Source: a virus. Taken from it: a stretch of DNA of 35,831 nt. Below are positions 18,309-26,819 of this stretch, piece by piece. The DNA lies in IMG/VR virus record IMGVR_UViG_3300045988_034936, one strand, 5' to 3'. A program made the translations under genes and the position numbers. Position 1 is the first letter of the stretch; every line of letters begins with the position of its first letter. Below the pieces are notes generated by a model that saw only the letters and a program-made list of their open reading frames with translations, had not been told where the DNA came from and did not search any database.

Positions 18309-18707
18309 ATGGGAAAAATTAGCTATGTGAAAATCGCAGGGAAAAACTATCCAATGAGTTTTTCCCTCGGAGTAACAAAAAAGTTGATATCCGAATACGG
18401 AAGCGTAGAGAAGATGAAAGCGAAGCTATCTAAACCCGGTAAGGAAGAAGAAAAGATAGATGCTGTCGTCGACATGCTTGCCATTCTTATTGCCCAGGGA
18501 TGCGCTTATAAGAACTTTTTTGAATCGGAATTACCGGCACCGGACGATGCTCCGATTATTGACGGAAAATGGACGGCGTTACCAAGAGAAGCGATTGAAA
18601 TATCTGTAGATATATTTGAGGTTGAGGGAATGGTTAATGCCATCATGCAGTGCATTGACGGTGGATCAAAAAAGGAAGTAGAGGGAAAGCCGGATAAAAA
18701 AATGTAA
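18309..18707 (+). CDS. Tail assembly chaperone (G-like)
   Basis: 132-aa ORF directly upstream of the tape measure gene. Ends in an A7 run followed by a hairpin (see findings). Confidence 0.7.
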   Translation: MGKISYVKIAGKNYPMSFSLGVTKKLISEYGSVEKMKAKLSKPGKEEEKIDAVVDMLAILIAQGCAYKNFFESELPAPDDAPIIDGKWTALPREAIEISVDIFEVEGMVNAIMQCIDGGSKKEVEGKPDKKM

Positions 18708-18900
18708 AAGCCACTCCGAGATTGACTCTCCGGAGTGGCTAAATGTCTCCGGCAGGCGAATGGGAATACCATATAGAGAGTATTCCTGCATGCCTATCGG
18801 TGAGTTATCCGATTTATACGACTTTTGGTTAGCACAAGAAGGAATTGTTGACTTAATCGACAAACGAGACAAAGAATTTTTCCCGGGAGGAATGATCTGA
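18661..18900 (+). other. Open alternative frame bridging the chaperone stop to the tape-measure start; putative frameshift (GT-like) extension
   Basis: The frame that is +1 relative to the chaperone gene is open from 18661 to TGA 18898-18900. It overlaps the chaperone 3' end, including the A7 run at 18696-18702. It has an internal ATG at 18760 but no clear RBS. Confidence 0.4.
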
Positions 18901-21191
18901 TGGCAGGATATGATATTGGGCCACGCATAGGTATCAAAGGCGAATCTGAATTTAATGCGCAGATTAAAAAAATAAATAATAGTCTCCGGGAATACGGATC
19001 TGAAATGAAAGCGCTTTCTGCTGAATTTGAACAAAACGAAAATTCGCAGGAGGCGCTTATTGCGAAGAGCCGTGTATATGAGAAACAGCTTGACGCACAA
19101 AGCCAGAAGATGAAAACGCTGCAGTCTCAATATGACAAAGAGGTTGCAAAGCTTAGAGAGCTCGGAGATGAATACTCAAGGCTAAAAGCTGAAATGGGAG
19201 AAAATTCAGCGGAGGCAGGTAAGGCAGAGGCGGCATTTAACAAACAGGCTGACACTGTATCTAAGTTAAAGGTCGCTATGAATGAAACCGAAGGCTATAT
19301 AAATAAGCTGAATAACTCGATTAGTAAAAATAGCCAAATGCTTGACGAGATCGGGAACGGAGCAAGAGACGCTTCAAATGACCTTGAAAAGCTCGGAGAT
19401 TCTGCGAAGGATGCCGATGATAGCCTGGATGATATTGCGAGCGCAACAAAAGCAGAGGCGTTGTCATCTCTTGCGGATGGGATTTCTTCCGCCGGAGAAG
19501 CTATGCGCAGTATGGTCGATGAATCAAAAGAATATTTGAAAATCATGGGACAGCTTGAAGCGTCTTCAAAGAATCTCGGCTATACAACTAAGGAAACAGA
19601 GCAGACATACATGCAACTGTATGGAGTCCTTGGAGATAACCAAACGGCTGCTACTGCTACGGCGAATTTGCAAGCACTTGGACTTGAACAGGGACAGCTT
19701 GTGCAAATGACAGATGCCGCTATCGGTGCATGGGCTCAATACGGAGATTCCATACCGATAGACTCTCTTGCGGAAGCAATAAACGAAACTGCTCAAACCG
19801 GAAAAGTAACAGGCACATTTGCTGATGTGCTCAACTGGGCCGGAACGTCAGAGGACGCATTTAACGAAAAACTGCAGTCCACGAGCGACAAGACTGAACG
19901 GGCTAACATGATCTTGCAGGAGATGGCAAAGCAAGGTCTTATCAAAAGTGCAGAGGGATTCCGGGAGAATAATGCTGCTCTTGTAGAATCAAACGAAGCG
20001 CAAGCAAAATATGAAGAAGCAATGAGCAAATTGGCAGAAGCCATCATGCCAGCGGTTTCAAATGCAATGGAACTTACGGCCGGTGCAATAGAAAAAATCA
20101 CCGGATTTTTTTCATCGCTGCCTGAACCGGCACAAAAATTTGCAACGATCATCGGAACGCTACTTGTCGTATTAGGGGCACTTGCACCGGTTATCTTATC
20201 GGCTGTAGCAGCCTTCACGATGTTGCAAGCTCCGCTTCTGCCGATCGTTGGAATTATTGCGGCCGTAGTTGCTGGCGTAGCGCTTTTGGTAGCTGCTTTT
20301 AAAAATTTGTGGGAAACAAACGAAGGATTCAGGCAGACCATAGGCGAGATATGGGCGCAAATCCAGAGTGCGATTTCGGTGGCTCTGTCCATGATACAGC
20401 AGATTATTTCGGCGTTCGTTCAATTGGTTTCCGTTATCTGGGAGCAGTGGGGCGACACAATCATGACCGTTGTGTCAAATACGATTTCGATGATAACGAC
20501 CATCATCAACGAAGGTCTTAACATCATTCAGAATGTAATCAAGTTGTTTACGGCTATTTTAGAGGGTGATTGGGAAGGCGCTTGGGATGCGGTGAAAAAT
20601 ATTTTATCTTCCGTTCTCAATATCTTAAAAACGCTCGTATCCACGGCGTTTAAAAACATGGTTACGATCATTTCATCGGTCGGCTCAAAAATCGGTTCTG
20701 CTGTGAAAAGTGCGTTTCAGTCTGCAATTTCTTTCATCACATCTTTGCCGAGCAAAGCGGCGGGTTGGGGACGTGACTTCATTAACGGACTGAAAAACGG
20801 AATCATGTCCGGGGTTAATGCGATCGTGAACGCTGTACGAAACGTGGCAAACCGCATCCGTTCTTTCCTGCATTTCTCCAGACCGGATGAAGGACCTTTG
20901 AGAGATTATGAAACATGGATGCCAGACATGTTAACCGGAATGGCCGATAGCGTGTACAAAAACCTCGACATCATACAAGATGCGGCTAAAACCATTTCCG
21001 GGACGATCAATAGCAATATTGTTGATGATCGTAATGGAGTAATCCGGTCAGCACAGGCAAGATATTCGTCAAGTATTGTAGTGCAGGGAGACAGCATTAT
21101 ACTTGACGGGAAAGTGATCGGAAGAACGGCAGATAAGTATATTACCGGAAGGCAGGTGGCAGGAATGAAAGCGAAAGGGGCGCATGCATAA
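18900..21191 (+). CDS. Tape measure protein
   Basis: 763 aa. N-terminal coiled coil, central hydrophobic TM-like block (IIGTLLVVLGALAPVILSAVAAFTMLQAPLLPIVGIIAAVVAGVALLVAAF), repetitive helical C-terminal half. Confidence 0.9.
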   Translation: MAGYDIGPRIGIKGESEFNAQIKKINNSLREYGSEMKALSAEFEQNENSQEALIAKSRVYEKQLDAQSQKMKTLQSQYDKEVAKLRELGDEYSRLKAEMGENSAEAGKAEAAFNKQADTVSKLKVAMNETEGYINKLNNSISKNSQMLDEIGNGARDASNDLEKLGDSAKDADDSLDDIASATKAEALSSLADGISSAGEAMRSMVDESKEYLKIMGQLEASSKNLGYTTKETEQTYMQLYGVLGDNQTAATATANLQALGLEQGQLVQMTDAAIGAWAQYGDSIPIDSLAEAINETAQTGKVTGTFADVLNWAGTSEDAFNEKLQSTSDKTERANMILQEMAKQGLIKSAEGFRENNAALVESNEAQAKYEEAMSKLAEAIMPAVSNAMELTAGAIEKITGFFSSLPEPAQKFATIIGTLLVVLGALAPVILSAVAAFTMLQAPLLPIVGIIAAVVAGVALLVAAFKNLWETNEGFRQTIGEIWAQIQSAISVALSMIQQIISAFVQLVSVIWEQWGDTIMTVVSNTISMITTIINEGLNIIQNVIKLFTAILEGDWEGAWDAVKNILSSVLNILKTLVSTAFKNMVTIISSVGSKIGSAVKSAFQSAISFITSLPSKAAGWGRDFINGLKNGIMSGVNAIVNAVRNVANRIRSFLHFSRPDEGPLRDYETWMPDMLTGMADSVYKNLDIIQDAAKTISGTINSNIVDDRNGVIRSAQARYSSSIVVQGDSIILDGKVIGRTADKYITGRQVAGMKAKGAHA

Positions 21192-21883
21192 TGTTTTCGA
21201 CAGAATTTAAAGGTGAAAAGGATGTTGACCATCATGTACTTACGGTAAGAAGACCCAGCATACCGGCTGCCGAGGAAAGAATAGAGGAAATTGAAATACC
21301 TGGCAGAAACGGCGGGCTGACTTCCAGTTCCGGGCTATACGATAATGTTGTAATCCCGGTAGAATTTAATTTTATGACTGCACCGTCGAATTGGAACGAA
21401 GTATATCGCAATGTCAAAAAATGGCTCTCCGGAAGCGGAGAGCTTAAATTTTCGGACGATGCTGGAATGTTTTATAAGGCGTTATTTTGCAGAATCACAG
21501 ATTCAGAGCGTACAAGCCGTAGACTTGGGAATCTAACGGCAGAGTTTACGTGTGATCCATTTTGTTACTATGAATACGGGAAGCGTGAGATTGCGATGGA
21601 ATCTCCGCTGTACAATCCCGGGTGGACATGCGAGCCAGTATATCGGATCACCGGAGAAGGAAACTGTACACTGACCGTGAATGGATATGAATTTACGGCG
21701 AATGTGGGACAGGAGATCATCATAGACACAAACCGGCAGATATCCTATAAGAATGACGGACAGATGCTGAATACGGATGTTACTGGGGATTATGCAGATC
21801 TGTGGCTCAAACCGGGAGATAATACGATTTCCGTAACATCCGGGTTTTCGGTTAATATAACGCCAATGTGGAGGGAATTATGA
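21191..21883 (+). CDS. Distal tail protein (Dit)
   Basis: 230-aa ORF directly after the tape measure gene (TAATG overlap), typical siphovirus position. Confidence 0.7.
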   Translation: MFSTEFKGEKDVDHHVLTVRRPSIPAAEERIEEIEIPGRNGGLTSSSGLYDNVVIPVEFNFMTAPSNWNEVYRNVKKWLSGSGELKFSDDAGMFYKALFCRITDSERTSRRLGNLTAEFTCDPFCYYEYGKREIAMESPLYNPGWTCEPVYRITGEGNCTLTVNGYEFTANVGQEIIIDTNRQISYKNDGQMLNTDVTGDYADLWLKPGDNTISVTSGFSVNITPMWREL

Positions 21884-23931
21884 TACAAGTCTACAAACCG
21901 GACAATACAAACTATGACAAAAACGGAGACATGACATTAATCCCAACGGTATGCGAATTATCAAGCGAGATCAACGGAGCGTGGGAGCTTACGATGAGCC
22001 ACCCCATAGATGACGAAGGGCGTTGGAAATACCTATCAGAAGAGGCGGTTATTTCAGCTCCGACGTTCCAGGGCGAACATCAGCTTTTTCGGGTTGACAA
22101 ATGTGTAAAGACGGACTCATCCGTTGAGGTTACAGCGTATCCTATTTTCTTTGACAGTGCGGATGATTGTTTTTTGATGGATGTACGCCCGACCAAGAAA
22201 AATGGGCAGGAAGCTCTCGATATCATGACAGAAGGAAGTAAATACAACGGACAGTCAGATATCACAACGGGCGGTACTGCGTACTTTGCGCGACGGAATC
22301 TCATGGATGCGATCAACGGAGAGAACGAACCTACATTTATCCAAATCTGGGGCGGCGAAATCTTATATGACAATCATACCGTCGTTATAAATGAACGTAT
22401 CGGGTCAAATAAGGGACTTGAAATCAGATACGGAAAGAACATGGAGTCCGTATCAAGCACGGTAGACATGTCTAACGTCGTTACTAGAATCGTACCTGTG
22501 GCTTACAATGGCAGGACGATGAGCGGTAATACTCCGTGGGTAGACAGTGAAAATATAAGTAAGTACGCAAAGATCTACACACGGGAGGTTAAATTTGAGG
22601 ACGTGAAGCTGGCGGAAGATGCCAATGAGGATGATGCGGAGAATGGCATTATTGTGTGCCAGGATCAGGAAGCTCTTGATGAAGCCCTTACGCAAAAGTG
22701 TGAAGACATGTATGCCGCAGGCGCAGACCTCCCGACTGTGAGCATTGATGTCAACATGATTGATCTACAGTATACAGATCAGTATAAGGACTTTGCCGAC
22801 CTGGTAAGTGTGGGACTTGGTGACGATGTGGCGTGCTACAACTATAAGCTTGGTATCACAACGACGGCGAGAGTCATCAAACTAACGTGGGATTGCATCC
22901 GGAACAGATCGGCAGGTATGACGCTTGGAGATTATGAATACAACTACTTCTCGGAGTTAACATCCAGCTTGCAGGCTATTCAGAAAGTGATCGGCCCGGG
23001 AGATACGCTGGTAGCGGAAAGAGTAAGCGGAGTACTTAACGCTATCAACACACAGCTTCGGTATCAGAAAAATATAGCGCAAAAGCAGGATGTAAGAGCC
23101 ATTTTATTTGAAGATACAGACCCGGACTCTCCTACTTATGGGGCGATGTGTTTAGGGACTCAAGGCTTTCAGATATCCGACACACGAACGGCAGACGGGG
23201 AAGACTGGGACTGGACGACAGCTTTTACAGCCAAAGGCGGTTATGCAAATGTATTGGTAGCTGGTTTGATTTCTGATAAAACCGGGCGTTCTTACTGGAA
23301 CCTAGATACGGGCGACATCGTGATAAACGGGAAAATCGTATCGTCAAGCGCGGAAATAACCGGCGGAAGTTTTAATGTACAGAGCAACAGCCAATATAAT
23401 TCTGTAATTTCTCTTCGAGCAGAGCAGCATGGATACGAATACCGGACAAACATGCAGCCGATACAGCTTGAAAGTATGGACGATAGACAAAAATACATAT
23501 CATGGGTTTCCGGTGCACTTGGCTTGGCGTGTGGAACATATAACGGAACGATAGACAACCCCGGTACGATTACGGCAAAATCCAGCATCGTACAAGGGTT
23601 TATACAGTGCGAAAAGTTGACGCAAACGTCCGATGCTAGGTTGAAAAAAGAAATAAAAGAAATCCCGGAAGAACTGGCAGAAAAGATTGTTTTATCAGCA
23701 AAGCCAAAAAGCTTTAAGTTCAAGGACGGGGATAAAACAATACTTGGATTTATTGCTCAAGATGTTAGGGAAATCCTAGGGGAAGATTACAATTTGTTCA
23801 TAGAAGAAAGCGAAAAGGATGGAATTAAAAACATGATGTCAGTATCCTACTTGGATTTTATAGCACCTATCGTGAAAATGATTCAAGTGCATGATTCAGA
23901 AATTAAAAAAATAAAGGAGGTGCTACGGTGA
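21880..23931 (+). CDS. Tail-associated protein (Tal-like) with a C-terminal S74-type intramolecular chaperone domain
   Basis: Start trimmed to ATG 21880 (GGAGG 5 nt upstream, ATGA overlap). The C-terminus ...TQTSDARLKKEIKEIPE...ILGFIAQDVREILGEDY...SVSYLDFIAPIVKMIQ matches the endosialidase-chaperone (peptidase S74) SD-x-R-x-K signature. Confidence 0.75.
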   Translation: MIQVYKPDNTNYDKNGDMTLIPTVCELSSEINGAWELTMSHPIDDEGRWKYLSEEAVISAPTFQGEHQLFRVDKCVKTDSSVEVTAYPIFFDSADDCFLMDVRPTKKNGQEALDIMTEGSKYNGQSDITTGGTAYFARRNLMDAINGENEPTFIQIWGGEILYDNHTVVINERIGSNKGLEIRYGKNMESVSSTVDMSNVVTRIVPVAYNGRTMSGNTPWVDSENISKYAKIYTREVKFEDVKLAEDANEDDAENGIIVCQDQEALDEALTQKCEDMYAAGADLPTVSIDVNMIDLQYTDQYKDFADLVSVGLGDDVACYNYKLGITTTARVIKLTWDCIRNRSAGMTLGDYEYNYFSELTSSLQAIQKVIGPGDTLVAERVSGVLNAINTQLRYQKNIAQKQDVRAILFEDTDPDSPTYGAMCLGTQGFQISDTRTADGEDWDWTTAFTAKGGYANVLVAGLISDKTGRSYWNLDTGDIVINGKIVSSSAEITGGSFNVQSNSQYNSVISLRAEQHGYEYRTNMQPIQLESMDDRQKYISWVSGALGLACGTYNGTIDNPGTITAKSSIVQGFIQCEKLTQTSDARLKKEIKEIPEELAEKIVLSAKPKSFKFKDGDKTILGFIAQDVREILGEDYNLFIEESEKDGIKNMMSVSYLDFIAPIVKMIQVHDSEIKKIKEVLR

Positions 23932-24674
23932 ACCAAATAACAAGAGATGTATATGTACTATCCAACAAAGTAAAAGAACATATAGACTACGTAAGATTTA
24001 CGAATGCGCTGCCTATCGTTTTTACATTCAGAGATTACAATATCCCGCAAGGATCTGTGGCAACTGCATTTTGTACAAAACCATCCGGAAAAGCAGTATA
24101 TACAGATGCTACCATATCAGGAAATACAATCACAATCGATGTTTCGGATCAGATGTTTATTGAACTCGGAAGAACGGTTATACAGGTGAAAATAGAAAAT
24201 GGAAGCTCAACCCTTGTCACGTTTGGGTGGCCTGTGGACGTTCACGAAAATAGCACAGAAGGAGATGTACCGCCTAGCCAAAACACAGGAGGATTTTTTG
24301 AAGAAGCTAACGAAATACTGGAAAACACACAAGATGCGGCTAATTCCGCTAACCAGGCAGCACAAGAAGCTAACAATGCAGCAGAAAGCGCAAATCAGGC
24401 AGCACAAGAGGCGTCAGAAGCGGCATCAAATATAAATGAAGACGCAATAAAAAATGCCATAGGCAGCTATTTCAATGACAATCCAATTGAAATAGATGAC
24501 CCATATCTCGATGTTGACACGCTTCGTTTTGCGTACATCACCGTACCGGAGCTTGAAAATTCAACTCTTTCTTTTCCGATAGGTTCAGATCCAAGCGCGG
24601 TACTCGCGAATGATGTGCAAGATTTGAAAGACTTTGCGAACCAATTCGAGGGGAAGACGCTGTATACAACATAA
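23928..24674 (+). CDS. Baseplate/fibre protein, BppU-N-like N-terminus plus alanine/glutamine coiled coil
   Basis: aaaggagg RBS, GTG start. The N-terminal ~110 aa resemble BppU/DUF2479-type domains. Contains the QDAANSANQAAQEANNAAESANQAAQEASEAASN coil. Confidence 0.6.
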   Translation: MNQITRDVYVLSNKVKEHIDYVRFTNALPIVFTFRDYNIPQGSVATAFCTKPSGKAVYTDATISGNTITIDVSDQMFIELGRTVIQVKIENGSSTLVTFGWPVDVHENSTEGDVPPSQNTGGFFEEANEILENTQDAANSANQAAQEANNAAESANQAAQEASEAASNINEDAIKNAIGSYFNDNPIEIDDPYLDVDTLRFAYITVPELENSTLSFPIGSDPSAVLANDVQDLKDFANQFEGKTLYTT

Positions 24675-24683
24675 GGAGGAGTT

Positions 24684-25289
24684 ATGAACGTAAGTTTTCA
24701 AAAATTAAATACATCTGGATTTATTACAGAGTCAGATCTCTCTGGTTATGTTACAGAAGAAGAGCTGGAAGATAAGGGGTATTTATCATCGGCGGATTTA
24801 GATAACTACGTGACGGAGAGTGAATTAGAAAATAAAGGATACCTTACATCTGTTCCATCCGAATATGTTACGGATTCAGAACTAGAAACAAAAGGATATT
24901 TAACGAACGCTGATTTGTCGGGGTATGCAACGGATCAGGAGCTGCAAAATGCAATACAAAATACGCAAAGAAGGTTTGTACTGTTAACTATTTCGGAAAA
25001 TTTGTGGGAGAACAATGGATTAGTAAACGTTTCCGTGAGCGGGATTGATAATTTATATGGTTCTGGAAATGTGACACCAATTGCATTTTTTGGAGATTTT
25101 CAAAACTCTTTAGGAGATTCATACTTCCAAGCGGTTCCTATGTTGGAAGAAAACATAAGCTCTTTCACACCGTGTATTAATTTCGCTTACGTGGAAAATG
25201 GAACACTATCCATTAAAATAGGGGATTACGCTGAACTTAAAAACCTGTATGTACTTCTTGCACGAACAGATAATTTTTTTGAAGGATAG
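24684..25289 (+). CDS. Tail fibre protein with ~20-aa periodic repeats
   Basis: aaggagg RBS. Four consecutive repeats of the form (S/N)xDLxxYVTExELExKGYL(S/T). Confidence 0.6.
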   Translation: MNVSFQKLNTSGFITESDLSGYVTEEELEDKGYLSSADLDNYVTESELENKGYLTSVPSEYVTDSELETKGYLTNADLSGYATDQELQNAIQNTQRRFVLLTISENLWENNGLVNVSVSGIDNLYGSGNVTPIAFFGDFQNSLGDSYFQAVPMLEENISSFTPCINFAYVENGTLSIKIGDYAELKNLYVLLARTDNFFEG

Positions 25290-25299
25290 GAGGTAAGAC

Positions 25300-26079
25300 A
25301 TGCCATATATATCTAAAATAGAAGCAAATATCAACGGAGAAAAACAGGACATACCTGTTTTTTCACCCGGTTTTGCCAACGCCGGTTCACACAATAGCAT
25401 CTTCCGAGGACAGAACCTAGGTTCATATGTTACATCTGAACAGTGGACAGCTATTCAAAATGGGACATTCGATGATTTATACATCGGAGATTATTGGGTT
25501 ATTGACGGCATAAATTGGAGGATTGCAGCTTTTGATTATTACTATAACTGTGGCGATTCAGCATTTACAAAACACCATGCAGTAATAGTACCTGACACAT
25601 CGTTGTATTCGCACAATATGAACGACACGAATGTCACTACTGGAGGATATGTGGGATCGAAGATGTACACAGAAGGGTTAGGACAGGCGAAAACACAAAT
25701 ACAAAATACATTCGGAGTATCACATGTCCTGACACATAGATTGCTTTTAACCAACGCAACTACGAACGGGTACGCATCCGGAGGAGCATGGTTTGACAGC
25801 GTAGTAGATCTCATGTGCGAAACAATGGTATATGGATCCATGATAATGTCGCCGATGAATAATGGAACGAACATTCCTTACAACTACCGCATTGAAAAAG
25901 GACAGCTGCCTTTATTCCAAATGGCGCCACAATATACATTCAACCGAAGCGGAACGTATTGGCTAAGAGACGTTGTATCCGCCTCGTATTTCGCGAATGT
26001 GTACGGCAACGGCATTGCGTACGGCGACTCCGCGTCTAATGCTTTTGGCGTTCGCCCGGCTTTCTGTATCGGAATCTAA
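25300..26079 (+). CDS. DGR target protein: putative receptor-binding tail fibre protein with a C-terminal variable region
   Basis: taggaggt RBS. It is the last gene of the tail module. Its C-terminal 27 codons before the last 7 (25978-26058) form the VR copy of the downstream TR. The ...YWLRDVV...FGVRPAF ending is typical of C-type-lectin-fold DGR targets. Confidence 0.85.
   Translation: MPYISKIEANINGEKQDIPVFSPGFANAGSHNSIFRGQNLGSYVTSEQWTAIQNGTFDDLYIGDYWVIDGINWRIAAFDYYYNCGDSAFTKHHAVIVPDTSLYSHNMNDTNVTTGGYVGSKMYTEGLGQAKTQIQNTFGVSHVLTHRLLLTNATTNGYASGGAWFDSVVDLMCETMVYGSMIMSPMNNGTNIPYNYRIEKGQLPLFQMAPQYTFNRSGTYWLRDVVSASYFANVYGNGIAYGDSASNAFGVRPAFCIGI
25978..26058 (+). repeat. DGR variable repeat (VR)
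   Basis: Gap-free 81-nt alignment to 26673-26753 gives 67 identities and 14 mismatches. Every mismatch lies opposite a TR adenine. Confidence 0.9.
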
Positions 26080-26081
26080 AA

Positions 26082-26106
26082 TCTCGCCCTCCTTGTGAGG
26101 GCGAGA
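26082..26106 (+). promoter_or_regulatory. GC-rich hairpin 3' of VR (candidate DGR target-recognition hairpin/cruciform)
   Basis: Perfect 10-bp stem tctcgccctc (26082-26091) / gagggcgaga (26097-26106) with a 5-nt loop cttgt. It lies 24 nt after the VR homology ends and has no following T-run. Confidence 0.6.
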
Positions 26107-26122
26107 GAGGAAAGGGAAATAA

Positions 26123-26650
26123 ATGTCAGTAGTTAAGAGAAAAAGGAAAGAGTCACCATTTGAAGTATTTCACCATCTCACCAAAATGCGACAGAATATT
26201 ACCGATTTATTGTTAAGAGACTTTGGATACAGCAATGAAAAGTTTCAGAAAAAAATAGAGAGGAGGTACGGAGGGAAGAAATTTGAAGAGCTGACCGACG
26301 TACAAAAGAAGGATTATGAGCGGCAAAAGGAGAGGAATGTGGCATTTGATGAATGGTATATTGCCAAAGAACGGGAAACGGTAATAGAATGCATCCATTC
26401 GATCAATGAACATGTATATGTAGCGAATAGCATATATCCAACCTGCCAAGAAGAGCTAACAGAGAGAAGATTACATCAGGACATTGCAATCGGGCAATGT
26501 GCAAGGCTCGCACAGGAACTGCAGTATGCAATAGAAACGTTGCCAGTAAATGTGAACACATATCTTAATATCGCACACGACATCGAAAAGGAAATCGCAC
26601 TTCTGAAGGGGTGGAGAAAATCAGACAATAAGTTCAAGAAGAATTTTTAA
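26123..26650 (+). CDS. avd: Accessory variability determinant (Avd)-like helical protein
   Basis: Located between the target gene and TR/RT. Predicted all-helical, basic. A C-terminal half such as HVYVANSIYP...RRLHQDIAIGQCARLAQELQYAIE...LLKGWRKSD fits the four-helix-bundle Avd family. At 175 aa it is longer than bAvd. Confidence 0.65.
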   Translation: MSVVKRKRKESPFEVFHHLTKMRQNITDLLLRDFGYSNEKFQKKIERRYGGKKFEELTDVQKKDYERQKERNVAFDEWYIAKERETVIECIHSINEHVYVANSIYPTCQEELTERRLHQDIAIGQCARLAQELQYAIETLPVNVNTYLNIAHDIEKEIALLKGWRKSDNKFKKNF

Positions 26651-26672
26651 AGTATTTTGGGGCAAACTCTGT

Positions 26673-26753
26673 ACCGCCTCGAATTTCGCGAATGTGAACA
26701 ACAACGGCAATGCGAACAACAACAACGCGTCTAATGCTAATGGCGTTCGCCCG
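26673..26753 (+). repeat. DGR template repeat (TR)
   Basis: 81 nt in the avd-RT intergenic gap. Read in the VR frame it encodes T A S N F A N V N N N G N A N N N N A S N A N G V R P. It has 12 AAY codons and 25 adenines, and ends in the GC-rich ggcgttcgcccg. Confidence 0.9.
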
Positions 26754-26819
26754 ATTTCGACTGTGCGATTAAAAGACACTCGATCGTTTCGCACAGAAGA
26801 AAGGAGAGATTGTCCCTCT

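Noticed and set aside
26694-26819. Poly-Asn N-terminal extension of the RT ORF (MNNNGNANNNNASNANGVRPIS...)
   Set aside because: This is the DGR template repeat read in frame with the RT. It has a GTG 'start' and no RBS, whereas ATG 26820 has aaggagag upstream and begins the conserved RT N-terminus.
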